64,000 bases of DNA from Rhina ancylostomus (Eukaryota). This document shows, piece by piece, positions 1 through 12,080 of this stretch. Below the pieces are notes generated by a model. It did not search any database and was not told the DNA's origin. It worked only from the letters and a program-made list of their open reading frames with translations. The DNA is taken from NCBI GenBank assembly GCA_030265395.1, contig JARFYF010000065.1, forward strand, positions 6,031,907 to 6,095,906, given 5' to 3'. A program made the position numbers and the translations under genes. Position 1 is the stretch's first letter, and every line of letters begins with the position of its first letter.

Positions 1-1879
1 TGTGACCCTTTTTTTGATGGAAGGGGGCCTGATGCATAGGCTGACCTCACTTAGCCCTTGGCAGTGACGTGGTTGAGATGAAGGATGCTTTATGGATACC
101 CATGGTACTGTAATTACTGTCTTATGTTGAACTGATACTCTTAAGGATTGATACTTAAACAATATTTACCTAATGGTAGTAAAGGTTTGTATTGTTGTGC
201 TTAATTTAGACATATTAGAAATGCACTGACAACTGGTGAAAGGTATACTTTGTTCAGACTCTTAATTGCAAACATATAATTACTCACAGCTTGCATAGTA
301 TGCTACCCATCTAGACACGAGGTAATCTGTCTCAGACCTGTGGTACCTAGCTTTGAGTCCCAGACACTGGATTTTTTGAGAGTTTTTCTTGTGTTGTTCC
401 GGGTTTGGCAAAGAGTTAAATACTTTTTCCCAGAACCCATCTTCCTTCTGTTTTCCTCCAATGACATGGTACCATATCCAATAGTCCAGGTATAACCCAT
501 TCACTGTATCAACCTCGTTTTCTGCTTTATTTGTGCAACATCCTAGTTATTAGCATTGAGTCAATTGAATGTTCCTGACACTACAAGGACCTAATTTCCC
601 ATATGGGCTAGGCCTCATCACTTTTCTGCCCTTTAGGTATTTTTCTGACTTTTGGGTTTTAGTACCATAGGAATGGCTAGTTCTTCTGCCTGCTGCTGAG
701 GCTCTAGGTGCCAGTGGAGATGTCTTGGTGTGAACCCATTGTTTCTTTTCTCACTGCAACTAGATGGTTACTTTCCTGTTGCTTGCATTTTATTAGGTTA
801 TTGAAACTTTGGGTCTTAGTAACGCAAGTTAACTTCACAGTTCATGGCTGCTGCATAGTGAAGCTGAGCAAATGTTACTTTAGGATACTGTTCCTTGTGC
901 TGATCTGGTTCTAGTCTGTAATTCTTTTTTTTCCCCTGCACAGTTTTGCTATTGATGAAATTTTAAAATCTTAATTCACAATTCTTTGATCGATCAATAC
1001 TGGAGATTCACTTTTGTTTAAATTGTTATCTCCTTATTTATATTTTCTTAAAATTTGTAGAGGACTTCACAGATCATTAGCCACACTTAACCTCAATGTC
1101 TATTAAGGCTCTAGATATTATGTATTCTATTTTGATGGCTGTTTAATCCTTTGCCTACCACAGTCTTTTGATGCTCAGGCATCATATATACTGGACTTTA
1201 TTGCGCAAGATATGTCAGAGTGCTCATGGAATCAGCACTGAAGTGTGTTATATGGATAATGGGTATTATGCATGAAAACCTGCTTATGAAGGCTCTTGGG
1301 TGGGCTGGAGTGAGTAGTGCAGCTGCTCGATGTTGAAATTGGAGATTCAGAGCTTGATGGCCCTTTGCATCTGGGATTTCATGGAAGCTGCTGTCTCCCT
1401 ACCCCCTCTTTGTTTGTCTGCAGAGCTTACCCAAGCTTGAAGACTTCGTGGTTTACAAAAAAAATTAAACGGCCAATAAACACTGGCAGTGCAACATTAA
1501 ACAATAGAGAGTGCCAGGTTTCTGCTGTGGCCTGAAAGCATGTCTTCAGAAGGATATGTACTTGTTGGACTGCAGAACCAAGAGCACTGTGGAATGGTGC
1601 TAAATGGAGTATCAGTGTATTAGTTTATTCATCTCTTTAAGAGTATAGTATAAGAAATAGGAGAAGGAATACCCTTTTTTTTCCTTTTTGCTTTGTCATT
1701 CATCAAGATCATTGCTGCTCCTCTATCTCAATACTGTCCCCATATCTTTAATTCCTGTCTTGCCCTGGAATCTATGAATTTATTTTGAATGAACGTATGT
1801 GCAGCACTGGTGTAACAGCTGCCCTCCAAGCACCTGGCCTATCAAGCCACTTAAGAATTTTGCAAGGTACTTGCTAGCT

Positions 1880-3320
1880 AATTATTAGCCTGTGCCTGAG
1901 TGTTGTCTAGGTTTTGCTGCATGTGGGCTGACTGTTTCATTTGCTGAGAAGTTGCTGATGGAATTCAATATTGCACAATCATCAGTGAACATGCCCACTT
2001 CTGAAATTAAAGCAATATCATTGATGAATTGATTGAAGGTTCAGTGTGGGACATTACACTGAGGAGATCCTGCAATGAAGTCCTGGATCTGGGGTGATCA
2101 CTATTAATCACTTGACTTTCTGTGAGGTAACTATTGGAATGTTTTCCTCCATGCCCATTAACTTCATTTTTATCAGAGTTTCTTGATATTACAGTCAGTC
2201 AAATGCTGCCTTAATGTTAAGAACATTCACTCTAATCTCATCTACTGGAATTTGGTTCTTTGATCCATGTTTGTAGCAAGGGTGTGATGAGGTCTGGAGT
2301 TGAGTGATCTGGGGAAACTGGTTGTTATTGAGCAAGTTATTAGTGAGGAAGTGCTATGATGATTTGACAGGTACAAAATCACAAAATGTTGGTCAGGCAG
2401 TATCTGTGGAAAGAGCAACATTCTCTGACCCTTCAGAACTGTGAAAGAAAGATGCAAGTTGGTTTTCAGTCGGAGAAAAGATGGGGAGCAATGCGCAAAA
2501 CAAAAGGAATGTCTACAATAGATGTCAAAATTTGTTTTTATTTGGCAATGGAGCAGTTACCAGTGCATTGTCTGTTTAATATGATAAGGTGGTGGGACCT
2601 GCCTGACAGGCTAGTCTTCTACAAGTAGAATAAGGAAGAACTGAATTTGCATGATGTTTTTAAAAAAAAACAATGAGAATACTGAGGAAACTTTTGAGGG
2701 TAGATTAAGTAGGTGGTAATTAGCCAGATTTGATTTACCTTTATGATATGACATAGGTGGGTAATTTTCAATATAGTTAGATAGAAGCCAGTGTTGTAAT
2801 TGTAGTGGACCAACTTGTCTAGCAGTATAACTAGTTCCAGAGTGCAATACAACAGTACTCTCGTGCTCTTGATATCATGTAAGATTATTTGAATTGGCTG
2901 AAAACTGGCTTCTGTGGTGATGACCTCAAGACAGATCATTGACATCCACAGTACTTCCCACAGTACATGCTTGTGAATGCTTCAGTCTTCAGTACTCACC
3001 TACTGTGGCCCACCATCATTAAGGATAGGTCTGTTCTTGGAGCTGCCTTTTCCTGTTGTTTAATTGATCGCACCATTCACAATTACATGTGACAGGATAG
3101 CAGAGCTTTGGTCTGCTGTCCTGCCAGTGTTGCAGTTTCACAAGGTCAGTACCTCAATTTCAGGTACGTCTTGTTTTGCATCTGGCAAGTCCTTCTGTGC
3201 TGCAGTTTGAAGTAGGGTTGATCTCCTGGCTTGATGATGATGGTAGAATGAGGGCTGCGCTGGGCTTGAGGTTATAGATAGTTTCAGTATAGATTGCTGC
3301 TGATTGTCCACAGGAATTGC
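1880..3320 (-). mobile_element. Decayed CR1/L2-clade LINE fragments, interrupted by a Penelope-like hairpin element near 2380-2520
   Basis: About 2240-2310 is reverse-similar to the LINE segment at 41234-41290; same family as other copies in the window. Boundaries approximate. Confidence 0.55.
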
Positions 3321-4039
3321 CATAATCAAAAGGTGGTTTACTGCAACATATGTTTTTTCTTGGGTACTTAATTTCTTTAAAGTTCATGCCTCTTCAATGC
3401 TACTATCATGCTTTAGCTGTTTCAGAATTGAAGTGTGAAAAATGTTTTTTGGAACCTGGTCAATGAAATTCAGATTTTAATTCATTTTCCCTAGAGTTAA
3501 ACTTTAGGTAAGTCATGCTGGATCTCTCAGGTAATTTGTTACAAGCAGCTTATTTGACAGTTGTTGAATCGGATATATTGGGGAGGATATCCATGAAAAA
3601 CTATCCTGTTCACCTGCTATCATACAGAAGTGTGTAATGAGATTGTTTGCAAATATTGGTTTTCCTTTCTACTGATAGAATCTTGGTCCTTTTTAGAAGA
3701 TTTTGTTAGTTATCAGATAACTATTGAGAAGAAGAATTTGCCTTGTTATATAGTTATTATAGTATAAAAGTATGAAGTTTGATTAAATACAGTTGATGAA
3801 AATATTAGGAACAGCACAGTGCCATGGCGGACACTGCTCCCACAGCCCTTAGGAGCAGGGCCCTTCATCCAGGAATCAACCTAGTGAACCTTCTCTATAC
3901 TACATCCATTGTGACGATATCCTTTCTCAAAACAAAAATCAAAACTGTAGATGTTCAACATTTCCTGAACATTGTTTTTGTAAGCTGAACAACATGGATA
4001 AGATTTCTCCATTTGCAAACAATTTACATGGAATATAGA

Positions 4040-4460
4040 ACATTGCAGCACAGGACCAGGCCTGGGGGAGGGGTCTCTGATGTCTGTGCTGACCATGATG
4101 CCAATCTAAACTAATTCCATCTGTCTGCACGTTGTCTATGTCTACTGGAATGGAGGGATATAAACCATGTGCAGGCAGATGGGATTGGTTTGGATTGGCA
4201 TTGTGGTTGGTACAAACATTCTAGACCATAGTGTCCTGTTCCTGTGCTCTACTGTTCTGTGTACAACCCATGAGCCATTTATAACAAGCTTTGGTATGGT
4301 AGAAACCAATCTCAGGACCATTAGTCAAAACATAAGTTAGGAGTGGGAATAGGCTCCTCAGCCTCTCAAGCCTGCTCTGCCGTTTAATCATGGCTGATCT
4401 GATTGTAACCTCGAGTTCAATGCCCATCTTTCCACAGTAACCTTTCATTCACTTGCTTAT
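4040..4460. mobile_element. CR1-type LINE/SINE 3' end fragments in both orientations
   Basis: Motifs such as 'gaacattgcagcacaggaccaggcc' and 'ggagtgggaataggc...tttaatcatggctgatct' recur at 9670-9730 and, reversed, at 33610-33700. Confidence 0.5.
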
Positions 4461-5089
4461 CAAAACGTGATCTATCCCTTGTTCTGAATTTGCACTTGTA
4501 TTAGGGACATTCTGCTTACAACTAGTGAAAAGTGTACTTAGATTTATTCAAAAACAATGCACCTTCCACCAGTCTAAACGTTACATGATTGACCTTGCTC
4601 AGACTTGTGGCCTCCTGTTTAAGTTCCAGCCTTGGAGTTTCTCCTGACTGTTAGTCCTGGGGTCTCTGTGTGATCTCAGGTGTTGTACAATTTTGGGATT
4701 TGGTAAGGCATTAAATCCTATTCTTAATTGTCATCTTAAACCAATTGTTCTGTCCTGAAGACAGTACCACATTGTTCTGGCCCATTTCATCCATCTTTGT
4801 TGCAGCTGGACTATTGATTGCTGCAATATCACCATTTCTATAGCATCCAGTTATTTCTGAGCCTATCGGGTACAGAAGAGTGTGGAATTGATTGCTCCTA
4901 ACAGTTTGTAAAAGAACCTTGCACCCCACTCCTCGCCCCTGTCGTGGGTCTCATGAGCAAGCATTTTCACTAAGTACTTCACTATGTTAACCTTGATCTC
5001 TATCTCTTAAATACCATAATAATAATAGCCAACGCTTCTGCTTGCTGTTGAGATCTTGGATGTCATCAGAGATGTCTTGGATTGAACCA

Positions 5090-5900
5090 TTGTTTCTTAT
5101 CTTGTGACCAGCAGATGGCTACTTAAGGTCTCTGAGATGTTGAGTTCAGCTTGAAGGACTTTTTTTTTGTCTACATCATTGCTACTGATATGCACCACCA
5201 CAACCTTCCCTCTCTGGAATGCCCTGCAGCTCCTCCAAGTCATTCTTGACCCAAGCATCAGGAAGGCAACATGCCATTTGAGTCTCGTTTGTGGCTGCAC
5301 AAATGATCATCTGTAACAGCTGAATGCCCGATCACTCTACTCCTTGCAATAGTTCCTCCCCTCCTGTACAACAGAGCCACCTATGGTGCCATGAACTTGG
5401 CTGCTGCTGTTGCCTGCATTCACCCAGTGATATCCAAAGCAGCATTTCTGTTGGAAAAGGGGACAGAAAGAGTATTCTACTCTGCTTTGGGTCACCCCTT
5501 CCCCCTTAACTGCATTTTTTAAACCTGAGGTGTGACCACATCTCAGCATCATGGTTACAGCACCTTGAATCCATTTGCATCTTTAGCTCTGTAATGTAGT
5601 TAAGCAACAACTGCAGCTGAATCTATTTCCTGCATGCATGGTTGCTGGGGATAATGGAAATATCCTTGGTTTCTGGGCTTTCCTACCATGGCTTGCCCTC
5701 AAATTAAAATTAAATTGGATTTGAGCCAACTAATTGTACCAAGGTCTTATTTTACTCTGAATGCTTCAGCCATACGAAGACTTTCTTTGCTTAACTAGTA
5801 ACCTGTAGAAGTAGAAATACCTGCTTACCTGTTGCCTTCCTTGCCATTTATCACTTTCTGAATCATGACATCAGCTCCAACTCTGCTGCTGGCTGCTGAG
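5090..5900 (-). mobile_element. CR1 LINE ORF1 remnant (SGNH esterase-like)
   Basis: ORF 5097-5300(-) contains VVVVHISSNDVDKKKVLQAE, resembling the CR1 ORF1 VVVHxGTND block. Confidence 0.6.
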
Positions 5901-7758
5901 TAAGTAAGCTTCCTCGCATGTTCTCTTCCACTTGCTGCTCCCACTGCTGTCAGCTGTCACTGGATTAAGATCTTGCACTGTTAAGTCTGTATGATAGTGT
6001 GCCATTGCTGCCTCAAGTTAGAAGATGTCAATTATGGACAGTTTTTCTATGTATTTAAGTGCCTGGTACCTCAGGTCCTCATGGGCCCCAAAAGCAACAG
6101 ATTTCCATGTCACTCAGAGAATCACTGTTCATATGGATCTTGCATTTCCAGAGTAGCATAGATTTGTTAAGAACTATTGAATGTTTCTTTAAAATTGCTT
6201 GTAGGTAATATTTAATCTAATTTTCCAGGCTATATTGGTGGTGTAGCTACAGCCTTAAATTCAACATCTATTACTCTCTATGAAATTCTGTCATATTGTG
6301 ATTACTTTTTTCCCTGGAGGATTTCTTACAATAAAAATAACCCCATCTGATTACATGACTAGATGTGCTACGTATAATATGGACAGCCTCCAAACTACAG
6401 CTAATTTAATTTTCCCCTCTTCCCATTGAAGACTGAAGTCCCCTATCTTTCTTGGTGTTGCTGACAAAGCCAGCATTTTTTTACTAGTCTATAATTGATC
6501 ATGAGAAGGTAATGTGTTGGCACCCTGAACTGCTACAGTGCTGTTCTTTGCTGAAAAATCCTTTTAATGCCTGTTAATGTTGCTTTACAGTGTCTTAGAA
6601 TGTTTAATGTTAAAGGTACTTTGTAAATGCAAATTGTAATCATTATAGAGTTAGGTTGAATTAATACTTTTTTTCCCCTGTGGCTCAGTTTTACTTGACA
6701 GCCTAAGGAGAATCTGAACTGTTTTCTTAGGGTGCGTTAGAGGACTAATTCTCTCATTTGCTTATTTATGTGTTGCACCTTTGGATCAAATGATCCAAGA
6801 ATTAGTGAAAGAAAAGTGCAAGTCATAAATATAGTCAATGATATTGGGAATCCATATCACAATAGTAATGGTTATTTGTTTATTTGTGTTATTATTGTGT
6901 GGAACCACAGCATGATCATGCTAATTATTTTTTTGAATATGCTTCAGTAGGAATTTCTACCTTGACCTATAATAGAACTTAATTAGCACAACTGAGTTGA
7001 ATATGCTTTTCAGTAGTTTATGAATATTTGGGAACATTGAAAAATTTCCAATATCATTTAAATGATCACAGCTTTCGCGTTTACAAATTAATTTGTGTGC
7101 TTAGCTTCATAAGGAACCATCTTAAATTTGGGGCTGATATTTTATCCTTTAATATAATCAGATAAATGTTATAACCAAGGTGATTCGGGTTGCTTCTGTA
7201 TTTAGTGTCAGCAGCTTCCAATTTTTGAGTTCTAGCAACAATTCGGAAAAGGAGGTAACAGTTTTATGGAATTGAAGGCGTTTTATGTTGAGTCTTCTGC
7301 AGCACTTCAGTGTTGTGGAAGAGGTCCTAGTCCAGATGTCATGAATGTCATTCTTGACAATTGTGAATTGGTTATACAAAGAAATTCTTAACTAATCTTG
7401 GTGTGATAACACACTGACGTCATGACCACTATGCACAATTAGCTGTAAGTAGCATGTTTGTAAAATATTGAATGTTTGTGTTCTTTTGGCAGGGACTGAC
7501 TAAGTGAAAATAGTTGTAGGATATTTGAGTTGCTCTCTTGCTGTTTTATGCAGTTGGATTGTGAAACCTATGAAAACTTTCCAGAGAATATCATAGAATA
7601 AATGTTTCTTGATTCCTTATAAGGAAGCTCATATATAAAGATCATTATCAAATTTAAAATACATGGGGGTACATTTTAAAAAAAATTGCATTGGACATGA
7701 AATATACAAGTTTGCAATGTGGAGTTTCAAGTTGCTAACTCCATTGTTCTTGTTACAG

Positions 7759-7792
7759 GCTACCAGGTGAGGTCTACAATGGGATCAATGGT
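7759..7792 (+). other. brd4: 5'UTR portion of brd4 exon 2 (first coding exon)
   Basis: Pyrimidine tract and acceptor 'ttgttcttgttacag' ending 7758, 34 nt before the ATG at 7793. Confidence 0.8.
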
Positions 7793-7826
7793 ATGTCGAG
7801 TGAGAGTGGCCCAGGGAAGAGACTGA
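7779..7826 (+). promoter_or_regulatory. Out-of-frame uORF overlapping the brd4 start codon ([15 protein letters not shown])
   Basis: ATG 7779 in acaATGg context, second ATG 7788, TGA 7824-7826; function inferred. Confidence 0.6.
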
Positions 7827-8074
7827 GAAAATTACCAGCGATGGGGGATGGCCTAGAAAGCACACAGATGTCTTCAACACAGTCACAAGCTCAACCCCAA
7901 CAAAGTAATGTTATTGGTAATCCTCCCCCTCCTGAAACATCCAATCCCAACCGATCCAAACGACTGACAAACCAGCTTCAGTTTCTGTCAAAAGTGCTCC
8001 TGAAGACGATATGGAAACACCAGTTTGCTTGGCCTTTCCAACAGCCTGTGGATGCTGCAAAACTAAACCTACCT
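7793..8074 (+). CDS. brd4: BRD4 exon 2: N-terminus and start of bromodomain 1 (WPF shelf)
   Basis: [27 protein letters not shown]...[21 protein letters not shown]; N-terminus matches BRD4 ([22 protein letters not shown]), not BRD2/3/T; donor CCT|gtaagt at 8075; 282 nt, phase 0. Confidence 0.97.
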
Positions 8075-10589
8075 GTAAGTTGCCTATTTTCCTTCCCAAC
8101 AAACCCTGTCAGTTTTAATTTGAACTAGTGGATGTACAATAAATAGTAATATAATCAGAAATAGTTACTATGTACAAGCTGATTTTTGGATCACATTGCA
8201 TTTCTATACTTGCATTTTCATTTTCTTCATGTTACATAGTGATCATGAAGTATCCTCTATGCCTGTAAGTTCCTCGCCTCCCCAGTTCCCGGTTTACAGG
8301 GAAGCATTTTTCCAATGGGCAGAACAGGCAAAATGTGGACTCGTATCTGCAATTTTCTATATTGCCACTGTGTCAGAAAGCAGCAACTAGATAATATCAG
8401 ACGCTGTATTACAAAGAGGAAGCAATTGCCTGTATGATTTGCAGCATGTCAATGGGGTTCACAATTCAACTTCTGATTCTCCATTTGTAATGATCAAACG
8501 TGATGATTGCAAACTGCCTCTTTCTACTTCATTATTCAACTACCCTGCATTTTATTCAACCTTTGTAAATACCTTAAACCATTTGGTTCTCAATCTTGGT
8601 CACATTTTTGGTTGTGTTTCTAATGACTTGTACGAAACCCACTTGTGCTGTTAATTTGTCCATCTAGTTGAATGCTGCATGCACTCATTTTAAGTACAAT
8701 TGAAATTTTTTTTACACCTATTTACAGATACATTTTGACCACTGAGTTCATTCTCTTCCTGTTTGTTATCCAAATTATTTTTTCTGCTTGTTTTCTCTTA
8801 ATTACTCTTATCAGAACCCTGGTTGTCAGCTGTGCATAGGTGCTTGTTCTAGCCTATTTTAAGTGGAGGCTGTCCAGCAGAACAGAGCAGAGCTTGTTCC
8901 TTTTGGGTATCCTTTTACTCAAGTGTCACTTTTCAATTTAAGGCCGTAAATCAAAATGTCTAAGGTATCTTAAAGTAATTTGGGAGCAAATATTTGGATG
9001 CCTTCGGATCACATGATTTTTTTTTCAAAAAACAATTGGTGGTCAGGTAATGTTTGTGGAGAGAGAAATGGGTGAATTTTCAGGTTGATGACTTCATCAG
9101 AGTATCTGATAGCTTTGGTTTCCAGCATCTGTCTTTTATTTTAAGGGTTTTCTTTTATGGTTGATGACTTGTGAGAAGTTGGCTATTTTTCCTGTGCTTA
9201 CGAAGTACTTTATAGATATGAAATGTCTAGCTTCTTTGAATCTTTAATATGAACTCTGAGAAAATGCTTCAAGTACCCAGTAGTTTGGGGGAGAGAAATG
9301 GTAAATATTTCAGGTCAGTGACCTTCCAGAACTGGAAAAGGTTAAAAATGTATTGAAAGGGGAGAAGAGAATATAGGGATGCTTGGGATATTGGAGAGAT
9401 TAAATGATAAGGAATGCAAGTCCAGAAGCCAAAGCTCAAGGAAGAGGTGACGTACATGAAGGAACCAGAATATTTGAATTAACAGAAGAGAGATACTGCA
9501 GTTGCTGGATTTGTTCATTATTTGAAATTGCTGAAATGTTGAATCTGAACAGTTCTAATTTGCTTAGTTGAAAAATGGGCTGCTCCTTGAGCTTGGATGG
9601 AATTTCATTGGAATAATGTAGGAGGCCAAGTGCAGGATTATCGGGAGTTTGGGGTCAGAAATCATACAAGAAAATAGGAGCAGGAGTTAGACTATCAAGC
9701 CTGCCCTGCCTGCTTAATATGATCATGGCTAAATTATGATAGCCTCAGCTTCTCTTCCAAGCTATTTCTTCATACCTCTTCTTCAATCTGTCCAATGTTT
9801 ATGCACCTCCACTTTAAATACTTCCAATGATCCAGCTTCTACCACCTGCTGGGGCAGAGAATTCCAATGATTCACCACCCTCTGAGTAGTAGTTTGGGTT
9901 ATACTTGGAGACTGATTTTCTGCAAACTATTTACTCAGTATACATTTGTGCTCCCCATTGTAAAGGGTGAATAGTGAACGCAGTGTGCAAAATTTAAGTA
10001 TCAGTTAATTGTTGTTTCACCTGGAAATTGTGCCTGAGGCTCTGGTTGGTAAAAGGGAAGGATTGATTGCAAGTCCACTAGATGCAATGGAAGGCGGATG
10101 TGTACTGGCAGAAATGAGTAAACCCCATTGGAAATGGTTGTTTGGTATGCTGAAAGGGGAAGCAATGACTTGTTTGGTGAAATCACGTTGAAGACGTGGG
10201 AGAAACTTTTGAAAGATTTTTTCAGTGGATTTTAGTACACGTGGCACAGAGACTTTTTATGGGGATTTTCTGAAATTATAAAATTCTGTTATGTTATTTC
10301 TTTCATGTTATGACCATTTACACTAGTGGTACATTTGGTCTGTTACGTGATACTTTTTTTTACTTATAGATTTTACAATCCAGGGTTGTAGTTTTAAACC
10401 AAATGGGATTCTAATTGAACATGTAAGAGAGAGAGGAATTTGTCATGATTTTTATTTTTAATGTTATCTTTTAAATCCTTCGCTCTGGATTTGTTCACTG
10501 CAGTAATTGTTTTTAAATATTGTTGGTGACATGAGCAATTTTCATAAAGCAAGATCCAACAAACAATGCAGGGATGAAATGACCAGTTT

Positions 10590-10930
10590 GGCACTGTGGT
10601 ACTACATGTAGTGCAGCTATCTCACAGCTTCAGCAACCTGGATTTAATTCTGACATTTGTTGTTTGTGTGGAGTTTGCACATTTCTCCTTGTTATCATGT
10701 GAGTGTCCTTGGGCACTCCAGTTTCTTCGTGCATCCCAAAGATGAGCTAGTTATGTTAATTGATTACTGTAAAGTGCTGGTAAACCTGGTAAGAATTGAT
10801 CAGGTTGGGAGGGGACATTTTGTGTGAATGCAATGTGTGAGTGTTTCGTGGAAATAAATGAGGGATTTGGATTGATGAGAATTCTCTGAGAACTGGCAAA
10901 GACTTTTGGTCAAGTGACTGCCTTCTAGGC
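10590..10930 (+). mobile_element. Old V-SINE copy
   Basis: 'tgtgtggagtttgcacatttctcc...ctccagtttc...catcccaaagatg' matches the V-domain of the copy at 62657. Confidence 0.65.
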
Positions 10931-11199
10931 TGTAAAAGAATACAAAAGTACTGAAATGGTGTCAGATCCATGACCTTCCAAGTTTACTGCAATCAACTGA
11001 GCTAAATTATCAATTTTTAACACTAAAGCAATGTTTTCAAAAATACTTGCATTTCTCATTAAAGCCTGTATCTGACTCCAGGAGGTTTCAGATATTAACA
11101 CAATGGCTTTTTCTTGGGGACCAGTTAGTTATAATATGAAATAATGCCAGAGTTTTTTTTTGTTTAGTTGATTTTTCTGGTTGGCATGATGTCATGAGT

Positions 11200-12080
11200 G
11201 GTGTGCCACAGTGTGGTACTGGAGCATTGCAAACTGTGTAAATAATCTGAAGGCATCAAAGGTATGATTGCTGAATTTGCTAATGACAAAAGGAAATAGG
11301 AAAGTAGGTTGTGAAGAGGACACAAAATCCCAATGCTTAATGATGGGTTGAATAAGTGGGCAAAGATCTGGCAGATGAAGTATATCAGGGAAAAATGTGA
11401 TATTACCCATTTTGGCAGGAAAAATGAAAAGAAATATTCACTAAATGGCAAGAGATTGCAGAGCTCTATAATGGAGTGGAATCTGGGTATCCTAATGAAT
11501 ATTTGTGAAAGGTTAATGTAATGGGATAGCAAGCATTTGGGAAGGCTAGCAATCTTTATTGTTAGGAGAATTGAATACAAAAGTAGGTAGTTTATGCTTC
11601 AGTTCTGGAAGGCATTGGTGAGACCCTACAAGGAGGAGTGTATATAGTATTGGTCTCTTTTAATTAAGGAATGTGGTTGTTGTGCTGGAAGCAGTTGAGT
11701 GGAGGTTTACTAGACTGCAGACACGAATGGGAGAATGAGAGAAGATTAGGTTTGGTTTATCTGTTGGAGTTTAGAAAAGTGACAGGGAAATTGAAATAAA
11801 AACCTTAAGGTCCTGGGTGAGTGTGGAAAAAGTTGTTCCCTTTTGTAAGGGAAAAGTTTGCCCAACTCAGACCATCTTGTTTGAGTTTTACAAGTCATTG
11901 TAGTTCTGTGGTGGCAGAATAATTTTTTAAAAATCGATTCTTGAGAAAGGGGTGAAAAATTACTGTAGGTAGGCACGATGCGGAGTTGCAATTACAGCCG
12001 GATCAGCCCTGACATTTACCAACTTGGCGAGGTTTTATGTCAGTTTCCGTAGTGGCCTACTCCTAGTCCATATGTTTGTA
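11200..12080 (+). mobile_element. CR1 LINE ORF2 (RT C-terminal) remnant and 3' end
   Basis: ORF 11333-11521 LNKWAKIWQMKY..EKC..HFGRKN; upstream 'tttgctaatgacaaaa' (FADDTK-like); frameshifted. Confidence 0.85.

Noticed and set aside
1-720. Possible LTR-retroelement integrase remnant on the minus strand (DYLVSRWV)
   Set aside because: One weak motif and no extended similarity I can support.
1-7758. brd4 promoter or exon 1
   Set aside because: No CpG island; the region is AT-rich and repeat-laden, consistent with intron 1.
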